From Vicugna vicugna (Eukaryota), in assembly GCA_013265495.1 (NCBI GenBank), contig MU058636.1:7642295-7706294 (forward strand): a stretch of 64,000 nucleotides of DNA, written 5' to 3'. Positions 25,153 through 38,870 of the stretch are shown here, piece after piece (positions within the stretch are counted from its first letter, which is position 1; every line of letters starts with the position of its first letter). Under the pieces are notes generated by a model that was not told the origin of the DNA, did not search any database, and saw only the letters and a list, made by a program, of their open reading frames with translations. The translations under genes were made by a program, and so were the position numbers.

Positions 25153-26645
25153 CCTATTTATTTAAAAATGCGAATGAAAAGTGCCAAGTGGTAACTGATT
25201 AGAAGAACTGATGTGTTTCTCTTCCTGTTTCAGACAACATGTCCACCTCCAGCTCCAACCCTGTCCCCACTGTCCAACCCTTGGGAGAGGATCAGGTCAG
25301 AAACCCAGGCAAACAGATTTCAGCCAGGAGTTTCTTTAACAATAAAGGGATTGAAAATGTCTAACAATAAAAAATATGCATGTGCTTTTGGAGTTAACTG
25401 ATAGCTTGAAAAGTGTTAAGTAAAAAACAGCTGAACTTGAAGTTCAAGGAAGATTAGTAAATCATAAAACAAATGACAATGAACAAAGGAGAGCTCAAGC
25501 AGACTGTACTCCTACAATGAAACTACATCACACAAGAGGGGTGGAGTCCATTGAAGACTTTCAGAAAAATAAATGGAAATGAGATAAATGAAGTATCACA
25601 GGACTAATAAAGAGAAAAACTAAATGCAAATATAAACAAGCCGTCACCACGGGAGAACATAATACAGCTCATGCATTAAATCTGTAGAGGTGGCAACAGA
25701 AGGTAAGAAAATGCAGTATTTCATTGATAGCCATTAAGATCTTTTACATGGGCTGTGTAATGCCAGGCATAGATCTGTTCTATCCACACACCCAATTAAT
25801 GCTGAGATACAGCAGGCAGAGAATGAATGCTGACTAAATGAGAGGTTGGCAGATGACTGAAAACGACCTAACTCAAACCCAACCCAGTGGGGGCTCTACT
25901 CAGTCTACTGTCACCAATCCTCGGGCTCCTCCCAAATTAGCTTACTAGACTACTCCATCTAAAATGTTTGGCAGCTGCCTTCTTAAAGTGTTAAGCCTAG
26001 GCTTCTTAAGTCAGTATCCTACATGTATAAATTTTAAAGTTATTTTACTTTTTTCACCTTTTACATTCATAAAAGGTTAAGACTGTAGCTTTTACTGATC
26101 TTTACTCGTCCTCAGGCGAAGGTGAATGAGCTCAATACAGATCCCTGGTTACTCATCCTTGTACAAAGCCTGCATGAGTCAGGCAGAAATAGTCTCTTGA
26201 CAGATCAGATAATTTTCCTTGGAGTAAATCTTAGCTATTTCTTGCATCTTTCTTTGTTACTTGTACCTTAAGTGTTTGGTGAGCTTGTTTTTCATTCTAC
26301 CTATTAAAAAGCACATAAGTAGACACTATTCTGACTGGCAGTTAAGAGGTTTTAACATTACTGACTATTAGGGCTATTGCTAGAACTCTGCCCTGAGGTA
26401 CAGGATGAAAAGCAAAAAAGTTACAAGCCTGAAGACACTGGAAGTCCCAAGTAGTAAAGAAGGTCTATAAATGTTACCAGAACGTAGTTTTTGCTTCTTT
26501 TCAAATGATGCACTGCCAGAGTTCTTTTGAAATCTCTGAGAAGAGCTCTCCTCGGGATTAGCTGGCTCTCAGGACACTCTACCTCTTTGAGAAGAACCAG
26601 TACGTGGAATCTGTGCAGTACCTAGAGGCCTGAGATTCTGCGGCA

Positions 26646-27222
26646 TGTGATACATTCCAAAGATGGCCAAAAATAGTAACTCCTATTCCACATATTCTTT
26701 CAACATGACCTTGACATTCTTCCCATTGAGAACTGTGGTCTATGTAACATCCCTTTGAATCTGGGCAGGCTTGTTACTTGCTTATAAGGAATAATACCGG
26801 AAATTTCCAAAAGTATGTCAGAAAGGGTAATGCAGCGTCTGCCTATCTGGTGGACCGTTCACACCTGAACCATGAGCTACTGCGTAGAAGCCAGGTAAGC
26901 TTACAGCCGCCATGCTGTGAGGAAGTCAAGGGGCGTGGAGAGGCCGTGTGCAGGCAGTCCTAGATTCTGACCTCTCCCAATCCAGATGCCAGATGTGTGA
27001 CTGAAGGAGCCTGCATGAGACTCCAGCCCCCAGCTACTGAGTCACCAGTCAGCCTTTGAATCTTCCTAGCTAAGGCCTAAGGCTCTGACATCATGAAGCA
27101 GATACCACCTGTCCCTGCTACGCCTTTCAGGATACTTGGCCCGCGGAATTCGTAAGAATGAACAGAGGTTTGTTGTTTCAGGCGGTAAGTTTGGGATGGT
27201 TTGTTACACATGGATAACATAC
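26646..27222 (+). mobile_element. MLT1 (H/I-like) MaLR solo LTR
   Basis: tgtgatacattccaaagatggcc...ccctttgaatctgggcaggc...gccatgctgtgaggaag...ggtttgttacacatggataac. Confidence 0.75.
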
Positions 27223-28291
27223 AATCTTGTAACAGTATAAACTCAAAAAACTTAATTACCTCTGAATTTAGTTTTCCACATACGTGTGGATAAGGGCAAG
27301 TTTTCTGAATACTGACCCAATAAAAGCTTAGCAGCCTGTAAAGTCAGGGGTAAGGTAGTAATAGTGAAGGTTTTTTCTTTACAACTTCTTTAAAAATTTC
27401 TTTCAAAGGTCAATTTTAACTGTTACACTTATATTTGAAAATCTGGCTTTATCTTTTCTACTTGTCTCAAGCAGCTCTTTGACAATGAGTAAAATATTTT
27501 GTTCCTGTCTATTTAATTATTATTTCACTTAGTTTATTGATTTTTCATGCTGAAGATTTCCTCTGTTACAGACACCTTTATTATTTTAACGGGTTTTTAG
27601 TACAGAGATGGAAACCTGTATTGACAGTCTTTCAAATAATAGTCAAAATCCCCTACTGGGTCATGAATTTGACTTACTGTATAACGACTGGCAATGTTTT
27701 TTAAAAAACCAAATAGGTCTCAATCTGAGAGCTACTACAGTTGAAAAGTTAAAATGTTAACCAACTGAAGTATAAATATATGTGTCAGTAATGATCATTC
27801 TGGTTTTAAAATAAATGATCGGAAGCCCTTTCTAACCATAATTAAATAGTAGGGCCTACTTCCCAAGGAGCTTTGCTGTAGTTCTCAGATCTTCTCATGC
27901 TTGTACTGCTGTGTGGTTAAGGAGTGCTGCTTTGCTTCCAAAGATGGATGAATATCATTTTTTGATGGAGGAAGAAGGGGAAAAGGGGAGGAAAAAAAAG
28001 ACTAAGAGACAATTTCAAAGGAAAATAACTAATTTTATGTTCATAACTATTCTGAAAGTTCGGAGATTCTTAAAGGTTTTCACTACTAATTTTCCCAAGA
28101 GTGTGAAACAGAGATAATACACCGAGAAGAACTTCCACAATATGATGATGTGATATTCAAAGACACTAGTTCCTTCTACTTTTAAGTATTTATAAACTGA
28201 TCATTTAGAACCAAAATATAAAATATTATCTAAATATTCTGTAATGTGACCCAAAGGTTTCACATTATAAGGGAAAAAATTACTATACTAC

Positions 28292-28415
28292 CTGACAAAA
28301 TGTTTTGAGCCACTTTCTCACTCCATTCAGGTAATTCCTTTGTTTTTTCTTCTGAAACAGGCTCGCAGGGTACAGTGTGACTCAGATTAACATCTTCATT
28401 TGAAGTACCTTTGGC
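28292..28415 (-). CDS. SPART: Spartin coding exon 4 (AKGTSNEDVNLSHTVPCEPV...WSEKVAQNILS)
   Basis: tttag|GCCAAA acceptor, TGTCAG|gtagta donor; 124 nt, phase 0-1. Confidence 0.96.
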
Positions 28416-29149
28416 CTAAATAATAAAAATATTTCAAAATGTGAAACAATGAATACTAACAGGGAGAAAATCATAAGCATTTTGTAATAAAATATTAAGC
28501 CAACAAATAGTAATTAATGAAAATATTTCCAGCCAACTTAGTTATCAATACATTTTACTACATAAAGGTCAATACCATAACTGCCATTGAGCTGAAAACT
28601 GTGCTGGTCTTATGTAAGGTCCCCCTGGTAAGTAAGATTTAAATACCAACATATTGCCAATACAGCACTCATTAAATCATATTTAAAAATTGACTAACTT
28701 TTTTCTTTCCTTGATTAGACTAAGTTCCTTCATAGAGCTATCATCCCCTTGATATTAGTATACACCCAGTACTCAGTAAAGTTAAAAGATTTTTGTTAAA
28801 TCACTGAATCAGTAAAGGAAAATGTATCCAAATAAACTGGTTTTGATAGAAATCAAGTAAAAACAAGTAAAAATATATAAACACAAAATCTGCCATTCGA
28901 TCTGAATGGAAATGGAAAACACAGAAATACCTATACTTTGCTAATTTTATAGCTAGGGCCAACACTCTAAAATCTCAAAGTTAAATTTATTTTCATTCTA
29001 AAAACTTTTGAGTAGGCTAATTCAGACCTCATAATATTATAAAATAACTTGAAACTCAAACTCCTTAAAAAAATACAAACACAACTTCACTTAAAATATA
29101 AAACAACATTAAAAGCAAAACAAAAACTTCTACATGGGGCAGAAAAACC

Positions 29150-30050
29150 ACTCATAAATAAAACCTAAATACGAACTGAACAAAATACTTGCAACTTCTA
29201 TCCTTGACTATGGGCTGATGTCCCTAATATGTAAAGAGCTCTCAGAAACTGAGAAGAAAAGAACTAGCAACCCAGTAAGAAAATGGATAAAGGACATGAT
29301 TAGACATCACAAAGAAAACATAATTCAAGAAACCTCTAGGCAGATGCTCAACCTCACTAATAATAAAATCAAAAATGCAAATTAATAAATTCTAATATAC
29401 AATTTCTCATCATCAGATCACCAAAATACAGAGCGACCACCCAGTCTGCTGACTAGGCTGTTGGGAGACAGGCGCTCTCACGCAGTGCCGTGGAGTGCTG
29501 AACAGTATAATCACCAGGGAGGGCAACTTAGCAAACTCTATCAAAATCACAAATGTACTTATCTGTTGACACAGCAATCCCACTTTTAAGAATTTATTTG
29601 ATGAAATTACCTATAGATGCATGAATCGATGGCTCTGCAAAGTTATTCACTAAAGCACTGTTTGTAACAGCAGTCACACCAAATACCCCTCAATAAGAGA
29701 CTGATTGAAGGAACTATGATATATTTATACAATGAAATACAAAGTAGCTGTAATAAAGACTGAGGAAGTTCTCTATTTACCCCAGATTACTATCAAAAAA
29801 TATATACATTGAACACTCTATATGATGTTACCTTTGTATAAGAAAGGGAGACAAATAATAACAGATTTTCTCTGTTTTTATCTGCCTAAAAAAATCCAGG
29901 AAAGAAACACAAGATCCTAATAAAAGCAATTACCTACAGGGGCAGGAGGAAAGACGTAGAAGAAGGGACACGGTGGGAATAAAGTTTTTCAATGTATCTA
30001 CCTTTTTATATAATTTGATTTTTTTAACTAAGAAATTAAATTTAAAAAAT
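29150..30050 (+). mobile_element. Old L1 (L1ME-like) ORF2 end and 3' UTR
   Basis: agatgctcaacctcactaataataaa...aatgcaaattaa; acagcaatcccacttttaagaattta. Confidence 0.7.
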
Positions 30051-31071
30051 GAAGTTTTAAATTCCATTTTGGATCCCCAATGTCCTCATCAAGCTAGTCT
30101 AAGATGCTCAACATAACCCACAGTGACAAATGGCAAGTGAAAGCAGAATATTTGTGTGACAGTCATTAATTCCAAAGATAATTACTAAGCACTTACAATA
30201 CAAAATACAACAATGAACACCAGCAAACTGTTTATAATCCAATACTCACACAGTGTTATTTTCTTTCTTCATACATGTGTTTATACTATCTTCAGGACTC
30301 ATCTTAGCCATAATGCCTTCTAGGAGGGGCCTCTCTCACTGCCTCCCACACCTCTCATCTATGATGTCAGCCTGTACATTATGCAGCAAGTACAACCTAG
30401 TCTACAGCCTATGTACTTTTATCTAATGGTCACACTGGGTAGAAATTACCCCTTGGCTAATCTGTCCTCCTCACTACATGGTAAATACTTTGAGATGAGA
30501 AATTTAAGCTTTTTCCCACTACGCTCAGCTTTCTAGCACTCAGTAAGTATTTACTGAACTCTAATCTAAATTCACCATTTCGAACATATCACATACTCAG
30601 AATCTAAGAGATGAAAGAAAAAACTACTAAATATATTTCTGAAAACCCGTTTTCTCTGTCCTGTTGACTACTCATGAAGAAATAAGGAACTGAATAAAAA
30701 TGGCAGTGTAGGGAAAAGCGTACCTAGCCCCAAAGATCTTGGTGTATACTGGGAGGCAGACAATAATACAAAACAAAAAAGTATATGCATCATTACGTAA
30801 ATATAAAAATCCTTCAAACAGTTCAATAAAATCTATCCCCCAAAACACAGAATATCTTTTAAAATAGTTTAAATAACAAATACTTAATTTAAATTTCTTA
30901 AATTTAGGAAAATATTAAAGCTGATTCTAATTATTTTTACCAGTGAACACTTTGTGAATCTGCAAGCTGCTTGCAGTAAATGGAGATAAGATCTTACAAA
31001 TAATTTAAACTGGTGAAAGGTACCCTTAGAACAGAATACACTCCTACCTTGTTGATCTTTCACTTACTTAC

Positions 31072-31227
31072 CTTTTTCCCCCGTTTTCCTTTATGACGCA
31101 CATCCTTATTGCCTTGGTCCAACTGTCTCACATCAGTGCCACTGGCTTCTTTCAATTGGTCAGAGGGGCACCTTGATCTCCCAGGAATTTGGAATTCATT
31201 TTCTCCTTCTGCCCGGTCCCAATTAGC
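31072..31227 (-). CDS. SPART: Spartin coding exon 3 (ANWDRAEGENEFQIPG...HKGKRGKK)
   Basis: ccctag|GCTAAT acceptor, AAAAAG|gtaagt donor; 156 nt open frame, translated by hand. Confidence 0.96.
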
Positions 31228-32924
31228 CTAGGGAGTAAAGGACTAAGCTTAGCTCAAATTTAGATTTCCTCCAAGCTTCAGTACACCATGCTCTAATACA
31301 CTTATTCAAATAACAAGTGTTTTACAACTATTTTGTTACTCCTTCTCCATACATTTATCTCATCACCAAACCTCAAACCTTTGAGGTCTTTGGTTCACAG
31401 GATATGGCCTAAAGAAAATTTCAAAAGACAAAGTACAAAAGATAAACCTACAGCAGATGATGGTATAAGTGATCATTAAATCAGATGCAGCTACATGAGT
31501 TTAATTAAATTATAAGTTTTAGGAAACACATACAAGACTAAATGAGTTTAAAGGCAATTAACAAAACGCATGTCCAGTTTAACTACTCCACATTGTTGGA
31601 AGACTGATTTTGTTTTTTCATTTTTGCACATAATACTAAAGGTATTCTGCTTGCATACACTTTGCTGAATGAATGCTTAAGAGTAAAAACAAGTCAAAAT
31701 TAGAGCTAGCAACAACTTTTTTTTTTTTTTTAGCTAGTAACTAACTTTTCTTTACTCTTGGAGTTCCAGGTCAAGACAGCAAACTAAAAATAACATGCAA
31801 CCAAAAAATAAAACTGAACAGAGAAAGAAAACACATAACCTAAAGGTCAGTTTAATTTCTTTCCTAGAGCCCAGTAATAAAAGTCAAATGAATGTAGAGG
31901 TGAAAGGAGAAACAGCTCCAGGAAAAAAAAGGCCTGGAATACTTGACAATGTCACTTCATTTAGCTAGCAGACAGCAAAACTTAGACTTGAACCCCCATC
32001 CATTTGACCACGTTCCTGCCTTTGTAAACTCCTCTCCTGAGTACACCGAGACTATGCACACTTCTGTTTGAGGATCATGGCCTCTGTTAACATAGCTTAA
32101 ATGTCTAGCATTGGCTATGCTCAAGAACACGTCGACCACCAGGTCATTCTCATACATAGTTCTTACAACCTAATGCTGAGATGACTCTATACACATCCAC
32201 TTAGCTGGTGATCTGCTCCAGTCACCTCTGATCCTTTTAATACAGGTATGGTTCGAAAGTGTATCCTACTTTCTGAAAAAAAACAGGAACAAATCTTTCA
32301 TGACTGAACTCAAAGGAAACTGCTTTGTGAACTCTTCCCTGACCTCCTTTCACTTTTTTTCACCACCTATCATTACTGCACTGTGGTTAGAACAGGAGCT
32401 GTTCTATATGTACCTTTATAGCCTCCTGCTCTTTCTTCTTACCCCATCATTTAACACAGTACCTGGTTAAATAATGAATTCTAAATATCTGCTGACTGAA
32501 GATGAAAATAAAAGATTATACTACCATGCTGTCAATCTCCTTCAGCCTAGATAACTATCCATATTCACAATGGGAGATATTTTTCCCCTCTTGTCTTACA
32601 TTAGTATGGACAAGACCACCTAAAGAAAGTATCTCCATTATACTCTATTTCTACTCCCTGTAACAGATCAGCACGTGGGCAGAGGAAACAGGCTAAAAAA
32701 GGCAAGTTCACAGGATGACCAACCATATTGTAAAAAACATTTTATGTTGCCTTCATTTTCCATGAGAACAAGGATAATTCCTTCAAACAAAATCTTTTCC
32801 TCAAAATGCCAATCATACCCCTAAAATGTCCAACATAACCCATTTGCTAATGCTGAAATTACCTCCACTTCACCTTTCAGTCCCATAAGCCTCCTTTTCC
32901 AACTGAGCCTTAAGACAGTGGTGG

Positions 32925-33160
32925 TAACAAGAGCCAACACTCACAAAACACTACCACTTGTAAGCACTGATATAAGTGCCTTAACGTATTCACTTTTAAT
33001 CTTCAACACAGCCCAATGAAGCCCAAAGATGTTATTATCCCCGTTTTATGACAAGAAGTATAGAGAAGATCAACGACTTGAGTTAAACAGCCCTTTTGGA
33101 AGAGTTTGAATTCAAATCTAGGCAATCTGACTCCAGAGCCCACAATCTTAATCATAGCTG
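32925..33160 (-). mobile_element. MIR SINE
   Basis: gttattatccccgttttatgac...tttgaattcaaatctaggcaatctgactccagagcc. Confidence 0.65.
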
Positions 33161-33320
33161 TTTACAGCCAATTCCCAACTTGTATTTGTGAACACACAAG
33201 CAAATTATACAGTCTCAATCTCCCAACTCTGATCACATTGGAGCTTATTACACTTTCCTTAAAAACACAAGTGTTTATGTTAAAGCAGATTTTCATCCTA
33301 AAGGTGATCACACAAAATAC

Positions 33321-33518
33321 CTGGAGCCGAAGGTCAGACATTTGTCTTAATAGATCCTCGAAGAGTTCTCTGTCATCTTCCGGTAACTCAGAAGACAAGA
33401 CAACCCCCACAAAGCATCCTGATGCTTGTAACATTGTATCAGGAAACATGTAGGCTCCTATAGTACATTTAAGAACTGGAGATCTATCAGGAACTAGTGG
33501 ATACAACCAGTCACAAAC
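33321..33518 (-). CDS. SPART: Spartin coding exon 2 (VCDWLYPLVPDRSPVLKC...QMSDLRLQ)
   Basis: tctcag|GTTTGT acceptor, CTCCAG|gtattt donor; 198 nt, phase 0-0; overlaps ORF 33162..33506. Confidence 0.97.
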
Positions 33519-36398
33519 CTGAGAAGATAAATTAAAAAGAAAAAAAAAATCAAAGAACAGAATTAGGTTTTCAGTAAGGTTTTAAATATTGTTATAGCAG
33601 CAACAGACATTTTAAAGTTTGAAATGCATTTTATAAGGCCTTCTAGAACCACCAGCATCTACAAGCCTCCAATAAAAATCAGCCATTTGCTAGTCTCATC
33701 TCCCTGCAAGCCACTCACCAGAACTGTGCTAAAAATGTTGCTGCTGCACTAATTATTCAGTCTTAAAACTGGTGCCCTTAAATAGTCCACTGTTATCAAT
33801 AACGAGGTTAGCTTTAAATAAGTAATGGTCAAAGTAAATTAAATTCAAATTATTTATCCCTTTGTATAAATAAAATCAAACTGTTTCCAAGCACTCCACA
33901 TGTATTTACTGACTTAATCCTCACAATTCCATGAAGTTGGTTAATATTGTCGTTTTATGTACAAGAAAACGGAGGCACGGAGAGGTTAAGTTGCTCTGAG
34001 TCAGCAACCAAAAAGCCAAGCCAGGGTTAAAACACATGTTATCTGCCACCAGAGAGCTAAACAATTATTATAATTAGAAACCCAGCATTTACAATGTTGA
34101 ATAAATTTTTTTAAACTAAACCCAACCTGATCTGATAGAGCTAGAACATTAAGTTACATTTGTGGATTCACTATCTATTGTGAAGTTAAATCAAAATGAC
34201 ACAAAACTGCCTTGCAGCGTCATCTAGGGAGGTCAGACTGTCACACTAAAGCTTAATTAAGCTCACCTCCTGGAGATCTAAATTCAGAAGAAACTAAGTT
34301 TAAATCAGAATATCCAAATGTATTCATTTCCATTGAGATACGTTCTTTGAGTGACCAGAATATAACTATGCCTCTCTCCCTGCACACTGTCTTCCTCACA
34401 TTAAGAAACTTGGGAGAACAATCTATTATCAAAGTACTGTGTGGTGAACATGAGTCAAAGAGATGAAAGATTTCACATAAACAATGGAAAATTCTGGTAT
34501 ATAACCGTCATCTCTGACCAACAGCATTACAAACATGCAGGGAGCAGAGTACTCATTTGATTCTTTCCTAGAAAACATTTCCCAAATTTTTATGGATTCT
34601 TTTTTGTCATCTCAAAAGCCACTCTCCAACTTTTCTAAAAGTCAAGCTTCAGACAAGTTAACAATAAAACTGATTACTATATTTTCCAAAGTATGATATA
34701 TAACCTGTGGTATAGGGAATGACTTCAAGTAATATGTAAACTATTTAAATTTGAGTAGTTATGTATTTTAATATGCATTAGGGAAAAAATAACATCTTTC
34801 TCTCCATTTCACAGTTGTTATTATTTAGGATAAAATTAACATATGAGACATTTAAATAAAAATATTAAGTGACAGAAGTGATGAATTTGACAAAAAAAAA
34901 AACATGGTTATACTTAAATGACTGAAGTTTGGGAAAGGTTTCTTTCACTAGGCTGTGATTTCTCTAAGACTAACTACGTTGAAATGGAGTATTCTCAAAT
35001 CTTCTCAAATAAAACTTCATAGACCTTTCTCAGGATAGATTTTACAGACTGGTGAACTCATCTACCATAAGCTGACTTCTCCCAGTTTCACTTTCAGAGG
35101 GCAATCTCATGTCCAAGTTCTGTATGAACTGACTACAAATTTAACAGGTTTAAAAAGTATATTAAAACTAAAGCCAAGAGAAAAGTAGTTTTAGAAGCCA
35201 TAGAATTCTAAGTGTGCCTACCTAAAACCAAATTAATTTCTAATTTCCTAAATAAAACAATAGTGTTTTTTTTTGCAGCATAAGAAGTTGTATCTAACAT
35301 CTAATACTTAGTTGTTTCAGTGTTTGTTTTTCACAACAAAACTATTCAGTGAACACATGGTAACTCCCTTTCAGGACACTGCTACAAGTATCTGAATACA
35401 TGTAAATGAGAGCCCCTTAAAAAGACTCAAATTTTGGGTACGACTTTACTTTTTATTTAGGACCCAAAATAAAGAGATACTGGAAAGATGAAAAATAACA
35501 TTAAAAGCACTAGGACAGGACAAATTTTCACTAGAGAACAAGTCATTTTAATGGCTCATGTAACCAGTTGAGTGTTTCTGATGTTCATTCCTCACACCTC
35601 CAACAGCTCAGGCCCCGAAGGTTTTTTTAAATTCCATTGTTACAGTGCACCTCTATTACCACAACAGCAGGAAGTATTGTATCTTTTAGCAGCTCCCTCA
35701 CAATCCCAATTAATAAGCCTACTCTTTTTAACCTCAAGCCTTCTTTTTTAAAATAACTTATGGGATCACACTATTCTTCCTGTCCAATGATGAAGTCTTC
35801 CTTTCAACAATGCCCCAAAATCTCTCCTTCATACATCCCTAGAAGGTCTCCATCTACCTTTAAACAACTTTCCAGTTGAATCCATGTAAAAGCTGCATAA
35901 GAATTCTGAGTATACCAAAAGAGAAAATCAACCTAGATAACCACTACTGCAACCAAACCACATCATCTGGACTCTGGACAAAAGCACCTACTTTGCTCAG
36001 ATCTAGCCCAGTTCAGCCCCTCAGCTGGGGCCTGACAACATTTATGGAAATCTACAGTGTATTCACACGTGAATTACATAAGTCTCTTTTAAAATTAAAG
36101 TTCCTAGTTTTTTTCCTCAGATAAAAAAATTAGAAGCTAAGGAGGAATATTCCAGTCTCTCTCGGGTCCTGTCATTACAAATTTAATACTAAAACAAGAC
36201 TTTTCATCTAAGAAAAAAAGAAAAAGAAAAGGCTACCAAACACAAACATAGATGTTCAAAGCTCATAAATTTCATAAATATATTTTAAAAGGAACTAAAA
36301 CTTATAATGATCTTTTTGTAACTCACTGTCTTAGACACATTATAAATATTAATAAAAATAATGTATTCTACACATTTTTACATTTTTCTTTGGCTTAC

Positions 36399-37208
36399 CT
36401 GAAGAAACCCAGGAGGACGGTTTAGAACTGTATCAAGAGAATTATCCAAGAACCTCACGATTCGAAGGTACCCAGGATATGAAGGTGCACTAACCTCCCC
36501 TGCAGGATTTACAAAAAAAATCTGTACTCCATTCGGTATCAAAATCAACTCATCTGCATCTAGCCCTAAGGTCTCAAGAGGAGGTGGCTGAGAATGATTC
36601 CTGTAAAAGTTTTCCCCAACTGATGAAAACTCTCCAGATTCTGTTCCATAGGAGACAGTGTAGTGGCCCTCAGCAGCCTGAGGAGTATAGGCAGGAGGCG
36701 CTTCTGACGGGTGACCGTGAGATGGGAAGGATAAAGCACTAGGTGCGGAAACTGACTCTGTACTTGTAACTGAAGTATTTCCATTTACTTCACTGTGCTG
36801 AGGAGGTGAACTAAAGGACTGAGGCTCCAGTGACTTTTCAGACATGTCTTTTGGTGGAAATTCTGGATATAACTTGGGCACCTCCTGAAGATCATTCCGC
36901 AGAGAAGTGCCAAGACCCTTCTCTAGAATTTCCAACCTGGTACGTACATTCTGTAGTGTTTCTTTCATTTTCTGCTGCATCTGTCTAGCAGATTCCCACC
37001 CAGGACCTATCTGTTCAGGATCTGATGATGAAACGCTGATTCCTCTGAGCAAGTGTCCTATTCCTTGCTTATAGTAGTTCTTTGCTTCTTCCTTCTGACC
37101 TAATTCATCTGTATTCAGTCCCTTATTAACAAATAAAAAGGCCTTCTTGTATGCTTCTTTGATGATCTTAATTTCAGCAGGTTCTCCATCTTGTGGCTCT
37201 TGCTCCAT
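36399..37208 (-). CDS. SPART: Spartin coding exon 1 of 8 (aa 1-270; MIT domain, PPAY motif at aa 171-174)
   Basis: The ORF MEQEPQDGEPAEIKIIKEAYKKAFLFVNKGLNTDELGQKEEAKNYYKQGIGHLLRG... is the spartin N-terminus. Acceptor ttttgcag|AAATG (exon starts at 37210), donor CTTCAG|gtaagc; 810 coding nt. Confidence 0.98.
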
Positions 37209-37779
37209 TTCTGCAAAACAGGAAAAATATCTTTAATTAACTTACTTAATTATTTGTTTACTTATTTGTTATCAATTTCTCCTACCTGAATATATTTCAG
37301 AGGCTAGGAGCCTTGCTTGTCCATTTTGTTCACTGATGTATTCCCAAAGTCTACCATCAGATCTGACATAGAGAAAGCACTCAATATGCATTTGTTAAAT
37401 GAATAAATAAATAATGCTCATGGTCCTAAGTACCTTTTTAAACTAAAAACATTAAGAGATTAAGCCAGAATACATCTATTGAATAATTTTCTTGTTCCAG
37501 TTTCTAAGAAATAAATTTCCTGTATCTTTAAGGTTGGAACCAAAGTGTCTCATTCTAAAATTCATTATAATTCCAGGTTATAGCAGCTAATTAAAAATGA
37601 GGTTGAATCACACACTGGAGAACAGAAATGAGAAAAAAAAAATCTGAATGAAGCTTTAAAGTTACCTGACTTCCATTTAAAGGTGGCAGGTTACTCACAT
37701 ACAGTGAGCCCCGTTCCCTCCCAAAGCTCCATTAAAATGACCAACAAGATTGTTAAAATGGCATAACCATTTTTCTTAA

Positions 37780-38870
37780 TGAGATAAAGGCATGAACAGG
37801 TATTTCACAAAAGAAGATATTTAAATGGCATGTGAAAAGGTGTTCAACACATGATTCCCTCGGGGAAATGAAACTAAAATCCACAACATGACTACAGTTA
37901 ACTCCTTGAACAGTACAAGGTCCACTTATACGTGGATTTTTCCAATAAATACAGTACCTGTATTTTCATTTTACAGATTTTTAAGTGTGGGGAAAATCTG
38001 TGTTTGATTAGAGATCACATGGAATCAGAAGACCTAGGGTCTGTGCCCTGATTCTATCCAAACTGCTTCCGCTTCCTGTCCTTGGATGAGTCTTTCATCA
38101 GTTCCACTGCATCTGCAGCAGAGATAGCCGCACAGGGATTTTTGACTGTGGCGGGGCTGGTGCCCCTAATTCCTCATTGTTCAAGGATCAACTATATATA
38201 CTTATCAAGTGGTTAAAACTGAACACTAAGAAGTGTTAGAGAAGATGGCAACTGGAACACTCATATACTTTGCTGCTGGAAGTGAAAAATGGTACAGCCA
38301 CTGTGAAAATTTGGCATTTCTACCAAAGCTACGTTCACCCACTCTATGACCCAGCAATTCCATTTAAAGGTATATAACCAAGAAAAATGAATGAATATAT
38401 ACACCAAAACAGGTACAATAATATTCATAACAGCTTTATTCACAAAAGCCAAAAACCTGAAACCACCCAAATGCCCACCCACAGAAGGGATAAATAGTGG
38501 CATTTTTACACAGTGCAGTAACACACAGGAATTTAAAAAAACTGATGCCAGTAACACTGATGAATCTCACCAATTCTTTGAGCAAAAGAAGCCACACACA
38601 AAAGCCTTCATACTGAGACTACTATACTATGATTTTACAGGTAAAAGTGAAGAACAAGCAAAATTAGTCTATGATGACAGAAACAACACAGTGCTTCCAG
38701 GTGGTGGTACACACTTGGAAATGACACAAGGGTACCTTGGAGCACATAGAAATGTTCTCTACCCTGATGCGAGTAATTACTTGGGTGTATATACGTATAA
38801 AATATCATTGAGCAGTAAATTTAAAATTAGTGCACCATACGGCACTTTAACGTATCCCTTACTAAAATAA
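37780..38870 (+). mobile_element. Old L1 3' fragment interrupted by a DNA transposon
   Basis: atgaacaggtatttcacaaaagaagatat; ORF 38391..38870 has an L1 C-terminal-like IFITALFTKAKNLKPPKCP. Confidence 0.75.
37895..38194 (+). mobile_element. Tigger2/MER28-like Tc1-mariner non-autonomous element
   Basis: TIRs cagttaactccttgaaca ... tgttcaaggatcaacta flanked by TA. Confidence 0.75.

Noticed and set aside
36378..36398. ORF tail VSQRKM* as the spartin C-terminus
   Set aside because: Read-through past the gtaagc donor into the intron. The same applies to the tails of ORFs 33162..33506 and 23885..24106.
38261..38870. 98-aa and 159-aa ORFs as host genes
   Set aside because: Antisense and sense translations of a degraded L1 3' fragment.
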